Part shown: piece by piece, positions 54,756 to 64,000 of the stretch
Position numbering within the stretch: the first letter of the stretch is position 1
Layout of the letters: each line of letters opens with the position of its first letter
Source: an uncultured Bacilli bacterium
GTDB taxonomy: Bacteria; Bacillota_I; Bacilli_A; RF39; UBA660
DNA: 64,000 bases
Direction: 5' to 3'
Assembly: GCA_934085585.1 (NCBI GenBank)
Contig: CAKOHI010000001.1
Span: 8,549 to 72,548 of the forward strand
Program-made: the position numbers and the translations under genes
Notes under the pieces: generated by a model
Seen by the model: the letters and a program-made list of their open reading frames with translations, nothing else
Databases searched by the model: none
What the model was told of the DNA's origin: nothing

Positions 54756-54978
54756 CCTATCATATATAGTATATCATAAATTCCACAAATTTTTAAAGTC
54801 TTTAAAAAAACTGCAATTACTCTAAAAACTTATGCAAAAAATGGATGACTTTCCTAGTATATAAAAAAACTAGAATCTTCAATTAAAAAACTCTTCTTTA
54901 TCTATATTTTATCGGCACTAATAAGAAAAGTCAATTAAAACCAAATAAATAAAAAGAAAAGATGTTAACTAATTTATT

Positions 54979-55512
54979 TTATAAAATATGATATATTCCT
55001 AGTAATATTAATAAAACTATTCCTATAATATTTGCATATTTACCTATAAATCTATTTGAATACTTCCCTATTAAAAGTCCAATCGAAGTAAAAGAAAAAC
55101 TACATACTGCAAAAATAAAACTAGCTAAAATAAATTTATTGGTTATTTCACTAATTCCTAAACCAATTGTAAATGAATCAATACTTACACTAAATGCTAA
55201 AAATACCAAACTTAATAAATTTATATTTATATTTATTTCTTCTTTTTTAAAATATTGAATGGCTATATTAACTCCTAGTATAATGAGTATTAAACCTAAA
55301 ACAATATTACTTGCAATATTAAAATAATTCATAATAGTAATTCCTATTTTATTTCCTATGATTGGCATTATAAAATGAAACAATGCTACTACAAAAGGAA
55401 ATAATGTTAATAATTTGTTATTTTTTATTAAAGTTCCCATGCTTAATGATAAAGAAAAAGTATCCATAGATAAGGATACTCCGATTAAAAATATGGATAC
55501 TAATTCTTGCAT
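54979..55512 (-). CDS. mntP: manganese efflux pump MntP
   Basis: Duplicated ...SMDTFSLSLSMG... and ...SIDSFTIGLG... motifs and 6 TM helices. ATG at 55512 (GGTGA RBS). Confidence 0.8.
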   Translation of the reverse strand: MQELVSIFLIGVSLSMDTFSLSLSMGTLIKNNKLLTLFPFVVALFHFIMPIIGNKIGITIMNYFNIASNIVLGLILIILGVNIAIQYFKKEEINININLLSLVFLAFSVSIDSFTIGLGISEITNKFILASFIFAVCSFSFTSIGLLIGKYSNRFIGKYANIIGIVLLILLGIYHIL

Positions 55513-55535
55513 TTTTATCACCAGTTAATTATATG

Positions 55536-56149
55536 CTATTTTTCTTTTTTTAATAATCCTTTTATGGAAAATATTAAACCTATAATTCCTAGTAATGTGT
55601 AAATGTATACTTCAAAATTATAAATATTAAAATGAAATACTTCAGGTATAGTTAAAAGTAATATAATTCCAGATACAAATAAAAGTATTTTGTTTTTATT
55701 CTTTTTATAAAGCCAATACATAAATAGTCCAGAAACAATTATAATTATATATGAAAATGCACTTACTTTAATTATTGTCATAATATTTTCTGGTTCTAAT
55801 ACACCTGTTTTTTCATATACTGATATAACAGTATCACCGACTACATACTCATTAATACTATAATAAATCATTGGAATAATACTTATTAAAAATATTATTA
55901 CTATTTGGAGAAAATTTTTGTTTTCATATTTATTTTTAATTTCTTTACTATTTTCTTCATTAATTCCGAGAATTTCATTTATTGATACACCTAATTCTTG
56001 TGATAAGGAAATTAATATTTCAATATTTGGTAAATTATGATTATTTTCATATCTACTTATCGTTTTTGGACTTACATTAATCTTTTTAGCTAGTTCTTCT
56101 TGAGTTAAATTTTTTTTCTAAACTCAGTTATATTTTTTCCAACATTCAT
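55536..56149 (-). pseudogene. XRE-HTH plus TM protein, paralogue of 56171..56704, frame broken in an A8 tract
   Basis: ATG at 56149 gives MNVGKNITEFRKKI-stop. One extra A in the A8 run (56110-56117) would give ...FRKKNLTQEELAKKINVSPKTISRYENNHNLPNIEILISLSQELGVSINEILG... continuing into track ORF 55536..55871. Confidence 0.6.
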
Positions 56150-56170
56150 TTCTATATTTCTTTCAAATAT

Positions 56171-56704
56171 CTATATAGTAACTATAAGTATTGCCATTAA
56201 AAATATAATCAAGAATGATACTATTATAGTAGTTACAAGATTCTTTTCGTTTAATTTAAAATAGTAAATTAAATATATCCATACAACAGATACTATATAA
56301 ATTAAACCATTATTAATTATTATTTTTATAACGTCTTTCATTGATAAATATTCTTTTAAATCACCTGATACAGTTACTAAACTACCTACTACCATAAATT
56401 CATGAATACAAAATAGACATAATGAAAATAAACTTATAGCAAATATTATTAGTAAATTATTCTTTCTTTGTTTGTCATATTTTTCTTTTGTATCGTTTTT
56501 GTCTTTGTTTGTTTTGCCAACTATTTCATCAATTGAGACCTCTAAAACTTGAGATAATAATAGTAGTGTTTCTATTGTTGGCAAATTTCTATTGTTTTCA
56601 TAACTACTTATTGTTTTAGGACTTACATTAATCTTTTTGGCTAATTCCTCTTGAGTTAAATTTTTTTCCTTTCTAAATTTTGCAATGTTTTTTCCAACAT
56701 TCAT
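56171..56704 (-). CDS. XRE-family HTH protein with C-terminal transmembrane domain
   Basis: MNVGKNIAKFRKEKNLTQEELAKKINVSPKTISSYENNRNLPTIETLLLLSQVLEVSIDEIVG, followed by 3-4 TM helices. Confidence 0.75.
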   Translation of the reverse strand: MNVGKNIAKFRKEKNLTQEELAKKINVSPKTISSYENNRNLPTIETLLLLSQVLEVSIDEIVGKTNKDKNDTKEKYDKQRKNNLLIIFAISLFSLCLFCIHEFMVVGSLVTVSGDLKEYLSMKDVIKIIINNGLIYIVSVVWIYLIYYFKLNEKNLVTTIIVSFLIIFLMAILIVTI

Positions 56705-56771
56705 ATGCACACCTCTTTCTAAAAAAAGAATACCATATTTGGATTAAATATGGTACCTATTTATTCGAGAG

Positions 56772-57275
56772 TTAGTATTTATTTAATAATTCCTGTAAAT
56801 AAGATGTATATGTGATATCGTCATAATCAGTTTCGTTTGCTTCAAGTAAACATAACGGAGGAAATAATACACACCACCAATTATCTCCGAGACCATCTCC
56901 TAAGGTTACTACTAGAGATTCGTAATTTCCACCTTTATAAGTTACTCCTTTATAATTTTTTTCAGGGAAGTAGTTAAGACCATAATTTATATTATAATTA
57001 GAATTATACTTATTAATAACGTTATTTATTTTATTCATATTTAAATCTATTTCATTTTTTGTTTCTTCTTTAGAATCTGAATTATTTAAAATATCAGCTA
57101 TAATTGGTTCTAGTTCATTTCTTATTTCAATTTTTTCTTTTTGATCTTCAATCGAGTTGCTATTAGCTATAATTCTAAATCTTATAGCATCATCTGGTAT
57201 TAATACTTTAGTATCATTTTTATTAACTAAAACAAGTATTGTCATTATAAATAAACTTATTATTATTTTTTTCAT
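56772..57275 (-). CDS. spoIIR: stage II sporulation protein R
   Basis: IRFRIIANSNSIEDQKEKIEIRNEL... and ...WWCVLFPPLCL are SpoIIR hallmarks. ATG at 57275 (AGGTGA RBS). Confidence 0.85.
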   Translation of the reverse strand: MKKIIISLFIMTILVLVNKNDTKVLIPDDAIRFRIIANSNSIEDQKEKIEIRNELEPIIADILNNSDSKEETKNEIDLNMNKINNVINKYNSNYNINYGLNYFPEKNYKGVTYKGGNYESLVVTLGDGLGDNWWCVLFPPLCLLEANETDYDDITYTSYLQELLNKY

Positions 57276-57414
57276 ATTGATCACCTAAAATATTGATGGG
57301 CATAAAATAGAATATTTATTCATTGAATCATAATAATTAAATTTTAAAATACTATAAGTAAATATATAAAAACTTTTTTTGGTATTTTATTTTCCTAAAA
57401 GCCACATTATCCCC

Positions 57415-57443
57415 TTTACTGATAGCCACATTTTTGGTATAAT
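57415..57443 (+). promoter_or_regulatory. promoter of the second small-ORF locus
   Basis: TTTACT (57415-57420), 17 nt, TGgTATAAT (-10 at 57438-57443). Confidence 0.45.
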
Positions 57444-57539
57444 AAATATTGAAACATTTGATTGTTGGACGCCTACTACCGGAGTAGTTAGCAATCTCCT
57501 TTAAACGGGGGTTTTGGTAATTATGAAAGGGGTGGTCTT

Positions 57540-57650
57540 ATGAGATTAAAGTCGATTAAGTCTTTTTTAATGATGCTTTTAGCAACATTAAAAAAATGTT
57601 TACTTGTCATTATAAATGTTCAAGTAAACATCCAAATCAATAAAAAGTAG
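57540..57650 (+). CDS. 36-aa peptide, candidate type I toxin (paralogous locus)
   Basis: Not in the ORF track. AAAGGGGTGG lies before the ATG. The peptide is MRLKSIKSFLMMLLATLKKCLLVIINVQVNIQINKK. It is embedded in a highly structured ~230-nt transcript. Confidence 0.45.
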   Translation: MRLKSIKSFLMMLLATLKKCLLVIINVQVNIQINKK

Positions 57651-57711
57651 GCATCTGACTGACAAAAATCAAATGTTTCTTTTTTTTATTATATGAAATG
57701 TTCTTTCATAT
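57588..57711 (-). ncRNA. candidate convergent antisense sRNA overlapping the 3' half of the 36-aa ORF
   Basis: Minus-strand promoter TTGAAA (57741-57746), 17 nt, TAATAT (57718-57723). The perfect 11-bp hairpin atgtttacttg/caagtaaacat (57596-57631) is followed on the minus strand by T7, an intrinsic terminator inside the ORF. Confidence 0.35.
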
Positions 57712-57820
57712 ATACCTATATTATCATATATTTAATGGTATTTCAAGTTATTTGATTATGAATTCTTTATCGTTTTTTAAATGTACTAACAATTTCAAAA
57801 TTTAGTTAATTGTAAATCAA

Positions 57821-58540
57821 TTATTTAAAAATAAACAAATATCTTGGTAATCCTTGGAAATCATTTTCAAAACTGTATTTTAAATTTAGTTTTTTTATAA
57901 TATCTTCTAATAAATTTTTTTGATTATCTCCGAATTCAAAGGCTATTATTCCTGGACTATTTAAATTATTCAAATGTTTTTTTAATATTTCTTTATAGAA
58001 AAATAGTCCATTATCACTTGCAAATAAAGCTATATTTGGTTCATTTTCTTTAACTTTATCTTCAACATAACCATTATATGGAATATATGGTGGATTAGAT
58101 ATAATAATGTCATAATTATTACTTAAATTTTCAGTCATACTTTTATTTATAAAATTTATTTCTGTGTTATTAAGTTTAGCATTTGTTTTTGCTACTTCTA
58201 AAGCATCCTTGGAAATATCTAGAGAAGTTACATTACAATCTAAATTTTTCTTTAATGAGATTGCTATACATCCACTACCTGTTCCTAAATCGATTATATT
58301 TATTTTTTTATTAAATATACTCTTTGCGTATTTAATAGTTTTATCTACAAGCAATTCTGTTTCAAATCTTGGAATTAATACTTTTTCATTTACATTTATT
58401 ATATTTCCGTAAAATTCCACATTCCCAAGTAAGTATTGAGGTGGATAACCTGTTGCTAACTTGTCTAAAAGTTCATTTATATTTGGATATTTTTTTGTTA
58501 ATAACTCCCAGTCTGGGAAACTTATATAATCTGGTTTCAT
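57821..58540 (-). CDS. prmC: release-factor glutamine methyltransferase (short form)
   Basis: DLGTGSGCIAI SAM motif and NPPY. Immediately downstream of prfA. Confidence 0.85.
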   Translation of the reverse strand: MKPDYISFPDWELLTKKYPNINELLDKLATGYPPQYLLGNVEFYGNIINVNEKVLIPRFETELLVDKTIKYAKSIFNKKINIIDLGTGSGCIAISLKKNLDCNVTSLDISKDALEVAKTNAKLNNTEINFINKSMTENLSNNYDIIISNPPYIPYNGYVEDKVKENEPNIALFASDNGLFFYKEILKKHLNNLNSPGIIAFEFGDNQKNLLEDIIKKLNLKYSFENDFQGLPRYLFIFK

Positions 58541-58565
58541 GTATACTCCATAATAAAGAAGCTGG

Positions 58566-59630
58566 TTACTCTAAAGACATACCAGCTAATTTTAATTTTA
58601 AATCTTCATTTATTAAAGCTTCTATAACAGGTTCTAGTTCACCATCCATTACTCTATCTAATGTCATTGTTGAAAAATTAATTCTATGATCTGTAACCCT
58701 ATTTTGTGGATAGTTGTATGTTCTTATTTTTTCTGAACGATCCCCGGTACCAATTTTAGATTTTCTTGTTGCTCCGATTTCACTTTCTTGTTTATGTGTT
58801 ATCTCATCATTAATCTTTATTTTTAATAGTTGCATTGCTCTTTCTTTGTTACGAAGTTGACTTCTTTCTGTTTGGCATGTAACTACTACTCCGGTTGGAA
58901 CGTGTGTTATTCGTACTGCTGAATTGGCGGTATTTACTGATTGACCACCAGCTCCACTTGAATGATATACATCTATTTTTAAATCACTTTCTTTTATATC
59001 AATATTAACGTTATCTACCTCAGGCATTACAAGTACAGTTGAAGTCGATGTGTGAACACGACCTTGTGTTTCCGTTACGGGTACTCTTTGAACTCGATGT
59101 GAACCACTTTCATATTTTAACTTACTATATACATTTGAGCCTTTTACCATAAATTCAATTTGAGAATATCCTCCGCTAGTACCAGCTAGTTCATGAAGAA
59201 TTTCTATTTTCCAACCATTAGCTTCAGCATAATATGAGTACATTCTAAATAAATCTCCGGCGAAAATATTTGCTTCATCACCACCTGCCGCACCTCTTAT
59301 TTCCATGATAACGTTTTTGCCATCATTTTCATCTTTAGGTACTAGCAATACCTCTAAATCATGATATAATTCATCAAGTTTCTTGGTTAAAACCTCAATA
59401 TCTTCTAAAGCTATTTCTTTTAGTTCTGGATCATTTTCCATAACATGGGCTTCTTCTAAATTATTTTTAGTAAGTTTGTATTCTTGATATGTTTTATATG
59501 TTTCTTCTAAATCACTTTGTTCTTTTGATAATTCTTTTACTTTATTAAAATCATTAAGAATTTCTGGATTTGATAAGTCTTTAGTTAATTCATTATATTT
59601 TTTTTCGATTGCATCTAATCTATTAAACAT
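58566..59630 (-). CDS. prfA: peptide chain release factor 1
   Basis: 354 aa with PVT tripeptide context (RVPVTETQGRVHTS) and GGQ (HSSGAGGQSVN). Confidence 0.95.
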   Translation of the reverse strand: MFNRLDAIEKKYNELTKDLSNPEILNDFNKVKELSKEQSDLEETYKTYQEYKLTKNNLEEAHVMENDPELKEIALEDIEVLTKKLDELYHDLEVLLVPKDENDGKNVIMEIRGAAGGDEANIFAGDLFRMYSYYAEANGWKIEILHELAGTSGGYSQIEFMVKGSNVYSKLKYESGSHRVQRVPVTETQGRVHTSTSTVLVMPEVDNVNIDIKESDLKIDVYHSSGAGGQSVNTANSAVRITHVPTGVVVTCQTERSQLRNKERAMQLLKIKINDEITHKQESEIGATRKSKIGTGDRSEKIRTYNYPQNRVTDHRINFSTMTLDRVMDGELEPVIEALINEDLKLKLAGMSLE

Positions 59631-59669
59631 TTTATCCTCACTTTCTTTTTGGTTTAAATCGGTAAAAAG

Positions 59670-60104
59670 CTATAGATTATTTTCATCAATGTCATCAACT
59701 ACTACTAAATCTGCTAAATCGTCATCTGCAACATCGTCTGTTTCATCGGCTTTATCATAGAAAATGTCTTCATCTTCTACTTCACTATCTTCTTCGTCTT
59801 GTTCTTCGTCATCAACGATTTCTTCTTCATCCTCTTCATCAAATACTAAATCTAATTTATGTCTTGATTGAAGATCCCAATATCCTTTATCTAGCATTAT
59901 GAATTTTTTATTAATAGACATTTGTTCAAAAAAATCCATTAGTTCATTATCAATTGTATCTTCAGGTAATCCTAAAGCATTACATACTTTCGCAAATATA
60001 TCACGTAATTTCATCTTTTTGCCACTTTCTTGTAGCACCAATAAAGCAATGTCATCATATCCCATTAATTCAAGTTCTTCTTTAGGTATTTGCTTTAATT
60101 TCAT
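59670..60104 (-). CDS. rpoE: DNA-directed RNA polymerase delta subunit
   Basis: N-terminal HARE-HTH-like domain plus an extremely acidic C-terminal tail (DEEDEEEIVDDEEQDEEDSEVEDED...). Confidence 0.85.
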   Translation of the reverse strand: MKLKQIPKEELELMGYDDIALLVLQESGKKMKLRDIFAKVCNALGLPEDTIDNELMDFFEQMSINKKFIMLDKGYWDLQSRHKLDLVFDEEDEEEIVDDEEQDEEDSEVEDEDIFYDKADETDDVADDDLADLVVVDDIDENNL

Positions 60105-60116
60105 AAATCATTCTCC

Positions 60117-61724
60117 TTACATTTTTTCTGGTGGATTAACTCCGATTAGATCTAGAGCATTAAATAATGTTTGTTTAACACCCATGATTAAATTTAAATT
60201 TTCTAAAGTTTCTTCTTCGTCATCAGTTAGTATACGATTTTTTGCATAGTATAAATGGAATAAACTTGCAAGTTCATATACATAGTTAGTAATTAAATGT
60301 GGCAATTCCTTGGTCGCAGCATTTTTTACTACTTCTGGAAATTCGTAAACTTTTTCTAAAACATTATATGATGTATCGTCATTAATTGCAATATATTTTT
60401 CACAGTTTTTAATATTTTTTTGTTCTTTTAAAATTGAACAAATTCTTGCATATGCGTAACATACATAAAATACTGGGTTTTCATTAGATTTCTTTTTAGC
60501 TAAACTTAAATCAAAATCCATTTGAGTATCTAGGCTATATTTTGAAAAATAATATCTGGCAGCATTTACTCCGACTTCATCTATTAATTCCTTTAATGTG
60601 ACAGATTTACCTGTTCTTTTACTCATTTTAACTACTTCGCCGTTTTCTACGAGTCTTACAAGTTGAAGCAATTTTACTTCAAGTTTGTCGGAATCATTTC
60701 CTAAAGCCTTTACACTACTTTTTAAACGAGCAACATAGCCATGATGATCCGCACCGAATATATCAATCATTTTATCAAACCCACGATTGTATTTATCCAT
60801 GTGATATGCTATATCTGGTAAAAAATATGTTGGTATACCATCTTCTTTTATTAAAACATGATCTTTATCATCAAATAGACTACTGCACTTAAACCACGTT
60901 GCTCCATCTAGTTGGTAAGTATATCCGTTTTTAGTTAAAATATCCACAATATTTTTTAAATCATATTTTTCTGATAAAGCTTTTTCACTTGTTTTAACAT
61001 CATATTCTATTCTATATTCTTTTAAATCACTAAATATATGACCAATCATTTCTTCTGTTCCTAGTTTTTTGAAGTAATCTAGGTCTTTATTTAATAAGGC
61101 ATCTTTATTTTCATCATATAATTTTTTTGCTATAGCAATTATTTCTTTTCCAAAGTAGCCATTTTCAGGCATACTAGCTTCAAGCCCACATATTTCTTTA
61201 TATCTAGCAAGAATTGATAATCCCAGATTAGTTATTTGGTTTCCTAAATCATTTATATAGTATTCTGTTGTAACATTATATCCACTAAATCTCATTATGC
61301 GAGCTAGAGAATCTCCGTATGCACCTCCACGAGCATTTCCTAAATGAAGTATTCCTGTTGGATTAGCACTTACAAACTCAATATTAATTTTTTTACCTGC
61401 TCCGATATTTGAACTACCATATTTTTCTTTTTCTGCAAGTACTTTATTTAGATTTTCAAATAAATAATCTTTAGTTACAAAAAAGTTTATAAATCCTGGA
61501 GCTTTTATCTCAATCTTTTTAATTTTTTCATCCTTAATGATATTTACTATTGAACTTGCAATTTCCATCGGATTTTTCTTTAATGTTTTTGCAAGTTTCA
61601 TAGCTATGTTACTTGAGTAATCACCATTTTCTTCTAAAGCGGGTTTAGTTATTTCAACTTCTACATCACTTACACCTAAAGATTCTAATTCTTTATTTAT
61701 TAATTCTTTTAATAATTCTTTCAT
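60117..61724 (-). CDS. argS: arginine--tRNA ligase
   Basis: 535 aa. ANPTGILHLGNARG (HIGH region), ...MSKRTGKS (KMSKS-like), and a C-terminal anticodon-binding domain. Confidence 0.95.
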   Translation of the reverse strand: MKELLKELINKELESLGVSDVEVEITKPALEENGDYSSNIAMKLAKTLKKNPMEIASSIVNIIKDEKIKKIEIKAPGFINFFVTKDYLFENLNKVLAEKEKYGSSNIGAGKKINIEFVSANPTGILHLGNARGGAYGDSLARIMRFSGYNVTTEYYINDLGNQITNLGLSILARYKEICGLEASMPENGYFGKEIIAIAKKLYDENKDALLNKDLDYFKKLGTEEMIGHIFSDLKEYRIEYDVKTSEKALSEKYDLKNIVDILTKNGYTYQLDGATWFKCSSLFDDKDHVLIKEDGIPTYFLPDIAYHMDKYNRGFDKMIDIFGADHHGYVARLKSSVKALGNDSDKLEVKLLQLVRLVENGEVVKMSKRTGKSVTLKELIDEVGVNAARYYFSKYSLDTQMDFDLSLAKKKSNENPVFYVCYAYARICSILKEQKNIKNCEKYIAINDDTSYNVLEKVYEFPEVVKNAATKELPHLITNYVYELASLFHLYYAKNRILTDDEEETLENLNLIMGVKQTLFNALDLIGVNPPEKM

Positions 61725-62053
61725 TTTTCCTCTTTTCTAGTTATTTCTATAACTTTTTTCTCATCTCCGAGTGAATATGTTAACCTTATTATATTATCTA
61801 TTTCTTCAAATGAGGCATTTATATTATACTTTAAATCAGTGTTTGCAAATGATACTTGTAATTGTTCAGTTTTAAAATCAATTTTAAATGTATCTTCACT
61901 ATTTTTTCTTTCATATGTTTTATTTATTAAATCTATAGCATGTGTACCATATTCATCTCTATAAAAAATCGTATCATTTATAAATTCTACTTTATTCTCT
62001 AGTGATTCTATTAAAATTTCTTCATCATCATAAAGTTTCCAATCAATTATCAT
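61721..62053 (-). CDS. DUF1934 (YwiB-like) protein
   Basis: 110 aa. Overlaps the argS start by 4 nt. This small beta-barrel gene precedes argS in many Firmicutes. Confidence 0.55.
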   Translation of the reverse strand: MIIDWKLYDDEEILIESLENKVEFINDTIFYRDEYGTHAIDLINKTYERKNSEDTFKIDFKTEQLQVSFANTDLKYNINASFEEIDNIIRLTYSLGDEKKVIEITRKEEK

Positions 62054-62166
62054 GGTTAGTCACCTCTTTTTTTCTCACATATTATAACAAACTTTATTAT
62101 AAATGTATAGTAATATTTGAATATTTTTAGTCTTTTAAACTCATACTAGTTTTTAGGTGATATCCT

Positions 62167-64000
62167 TTGAAAGCTATGAGATTTTTGGTAAAAAGTTTTA
62201 TTTTCTTGTTTATATCCTTCGTGGTAATACTAGTCGGGCTTTATACCTATGCTTATTTAAGCCCAAAACTTGATTTAAAAACTAGTGGAAGTCTTTATTT
62301 ATATGATAATAAAGGTGAATTATTATATCAAGGATCAAGAAGTAATGAATGGGCTAATTTAGAAGATATAAATGAAAATTTAATTAATGCTGTGATTGCT
62401 GTTGAAGATAAAAATTTTTATAATCATCATGGATTTGATTACTTGAGAATAGCTAAAGCAATGGCTACGAATATTAAGAAAAAAAGTATTGTTCAAGGAG
62501 CATCTACTATTTCTCAACAATATATAAAAAATTTATATTTAGATTTTGATAAAACTTGGAAAAGAAAAATTGAAGAGGCATTTTTAACTTTAGAACTCGA
62601 GGTACATTATGATAAAAATGATATTTTGGAAGGTTATCTTAATACTATAAACTATGGTCAAGGGAATATGGGAATTGTAAATGCTGCAAGCTATTATTTT
62701 AATAAAAAACCTAGTGAACTTTCTTTAGAAGAAGCAATTATTTTGGCGGGTATTCCTAAAAATCCTGGTAATTATAATCCTGTTTCTAATTATGATGCTG
62801 CGATTAAAAGAGCTTGGGTTGTTGCTAAAGCTATGCTAAATAATAATTATATAGATGAAGAGACTTATAATAGCTTATTTCAAAATAAAATAGAAATCTA
62901 TGGACAAGTAAAAAATAATAATTTACAAATGATTATGTATTATCAAGAAGCAGTTTTAAATGAATTAAGTAATATTAAAGAAGTTCCATCTTCTTTAGTT
63001 AATGCTGGTGGTTTAAAGATTTATACTAATTTGGATTTGGAAATGCAAAAAAATATGGAAGAAAATATTTTAAGTAATAAAGCTAATGATGATATACAAG
63101 TTGCAAGTGTTATTGTTGATCCAAATACGGGAGCAATTAAGGCTTTAACCGGTGGTATGGATTATGCAAAAAGCCAGTATAATAGAGCTTTAAAAAGTAA
63201 AAGACAAGTTGGATCTACGATGAAACCATTTTTGTATTATGCGGCTTTGGAAAATAATATGACTATGTCTAGTACCTTTAGAAGTGAAGAGACTACTTTT
63301 AATTTATCTAATGGGAAAACTTATACACCTGGAAATGCCGGCAACTTATATGCAAGTAAAGAAATAACTATGGCTGCTGCTTTGGCTTTATCTGATAATA
63401 TATATGCTATTAAAACTAATTTATTTTTAGGTATTGATAAAATGATTGAAGTTGCTAAAAGAACTGGTATTAAAACTAATTTAGATGAGGTTGCATCTTT
63501 ACCTCTGGGAACAAGTGAAATAAATATTTTAGATTATGCAACTGGGTATACAACACTTGCTTCCGGAGGTTTTAAAAAAGATTTATATTTTATAGAAAAA
63601 ATTGAAGATTTGGATGGAAATATACTATATGAACATGAAAGTTATGATAATTTAGTTATAAATCCCAATTATACTTATATTTTAAATGAAATGATGAATA
63701 CCACTACGAATGATGCGTATGTTGATTATACTACGCCAACTGCTTTAAATATAGCTTCTAGTCTTACACATAAGTATGCCTTAAAAACTGGATCTACGAA
63801 TACAGATTATTGGATTGTTGGTTATAATAAAGATGCACTTGTTATGATGTGGATGGGATATGACAATAATTTAAATGTTGATAATAAAGTAAGAAACAGT
63901 GCTAAAAAAACTTGGGCATCTACGATTGAATTTGCATTAAAAGATATTGATACAAGTTGGTATGAAACACCTAAAAATGTGGTAGCTTTACCCCTTGATG
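62167..64000 (+). CDS. class A penicillin-binding protein (glycosyltransferase GT51 plus transpeptidase), 3' end outside the window
   Basis: Not in the ORF track because it is open at the edge. TTG at 62167 (AGGTGA 6 nt upstream) or ATG at 62176. AVEDKNFYNHHGFD, GASTISQQ, RKIEEA (GT51), then STMKP and ...KTGST... transpeptidase motifs. Confidence 0.9.
   Translation, partial: MKAMRFLVKSFIFLFISFVVILVGLYTYAYLSPKLDLKTSGSLYLYDNKGELLYQGSRSNEWANLEDINENLINAVIAVEDKNFYNHHGFDYLRIAKAMATNIKKKSIVQGASTISQQYIKNLYLDFDKTWKRKIEEAFLTLELEVHYDKNDILEGYLNTINYGQGNMGIVNAASYYFNKKPSELSLEEAIILAGIPKNPGNYNPVSNYDAAIKRAWVVAKAMLNNNYIDEETYNSLFQNKIEIYGQVKNNNLQMIMYYQEAVLNELSNIKEVPSSLVNAGGLKIYTNLDLEMQKNMEENILSNKANDDIQVASVIVDPNTGAIKALTGGMDYAKSQYNRALKSKRQVGSTMKPFLYYAALENNMTMSSTFRSEETTFNLSNGKTYTPGNAGNLYASKEITMAAALALSDNIYAIKTNLFLGIDKMIEVAKRTGIKTNLDEVASLPLGTSEINILDYATGYTTLASGGFKKDLYFIEKIEDLDGNILYEHESYDNLVINPNYTYILNEMMNTTTNDAYVDYTTPTALNIASSLTHKYALKTGSTNTDYWIVGYNKDALVMMWMGYDNNLNVDNKVRNSAKKTWASTIEFALKDIDTSWYETPKNVVALPLD

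Noticed and set aside
55513-55535. yybP-ykoY manganese riboswitch upstream of mntP, and a T-box leader upstream of argS/DUF1934 (62054..62166)
   Set aside because: The intergenic spaces (23 nt and about 110 nt) are too short for these elements, and no conserved riboswitch or T-box sequence blocks were seen.
57450-57680. The structured ~230-nt region as a housekeeping RNA (6S, SRP RNA or RNase P)
   Set aside because: Only the terminal ~25 nt pair end-to-end, and the interior does not form the continuous irregular duplex with a central bubble of 6S RNA. No SRP domain IV or RNase P conserved motifs were seen. It contains an RBS-preceded ORF and an internal antisense terminator, which fits a type I TA mRNA better. 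A covariance-model scan is still advisable.
1-64000. CRISPR arrays, rRNA and tRNA genes, prophage structural modules, integrases
   Set aside because: No regularly spaced direct repeats and no GC-rich cloverleaf-capable segments were found. No capsid, tail or terminase genes, and no tyrosine or serine recombinase-like ORFs, were found on either strand.

Overview
Strongly AT-rich, low-GC Firmicute chromosome segment. rpoE (RNA polymerase delta subunit) together with spoIID, spoIIID and spoIIR suggests a spore-forming Bacilli or Erysipelotrichia-type organism (inference). TGA acts as a stop codon, as shown by the prfB frameshift site, so this is genetic code 11. Almost every gene lies on the minus strand.

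Housekeeping backbone: smpB-rnr, secG, ftsH, tilS, prfB (programmed +1 frameshift, missed by the ORF track), csp-hpf-secA, spoIID/SpoIIQ-like/spoIIID, rpiB, rpmE, murA, mntP, spoIIR, prmC-prfA, rpoE, DUF1934-argS, and a class A PBP that runs off the 3' end.

Accessory content, the best candidates for something undescribed:
1. A tightly overlapping five-gene operon at 19.7-23.8 kb: VTC-like polyphosphate-polymerase domain, DUF4956 membrane protein, membrane-anchored Cthe_2159-type beta-helix, NAGPA-type phosphodiester glycosidase and a small membrane protein. A second module sits at 9.5-15.0 kb: a two-component system plus two further beta-helix envelope proteins.
2. Two unannotated paralogous loci (about 16.53-16.86 kb and 57.41-57.75 kb) with the full architecture of type I toxin-antitoxin systems.
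3. A mosaic island (26.2-36.8 kb) between an OatA-like gene and secA. Unrelated cargo genes are each followed by the same conserved palindrome (TGTTGATAAC-N6-GTTATCAACA). Module boundaries are duplicated and several genes are decaying.
4. A surface-protein gene followed by a 5'-truncated, frameshifted, promoterless second copy (43.97-47.42 kb).
5. A 1086-aa repeat-rich ORFan flanked by IS debris, including a TnpB C-terminal stub that keeps a structured omega-RNA-like tail next to murA.

No rRNA, tRNA, tmRNA or CRISPR array was seen.
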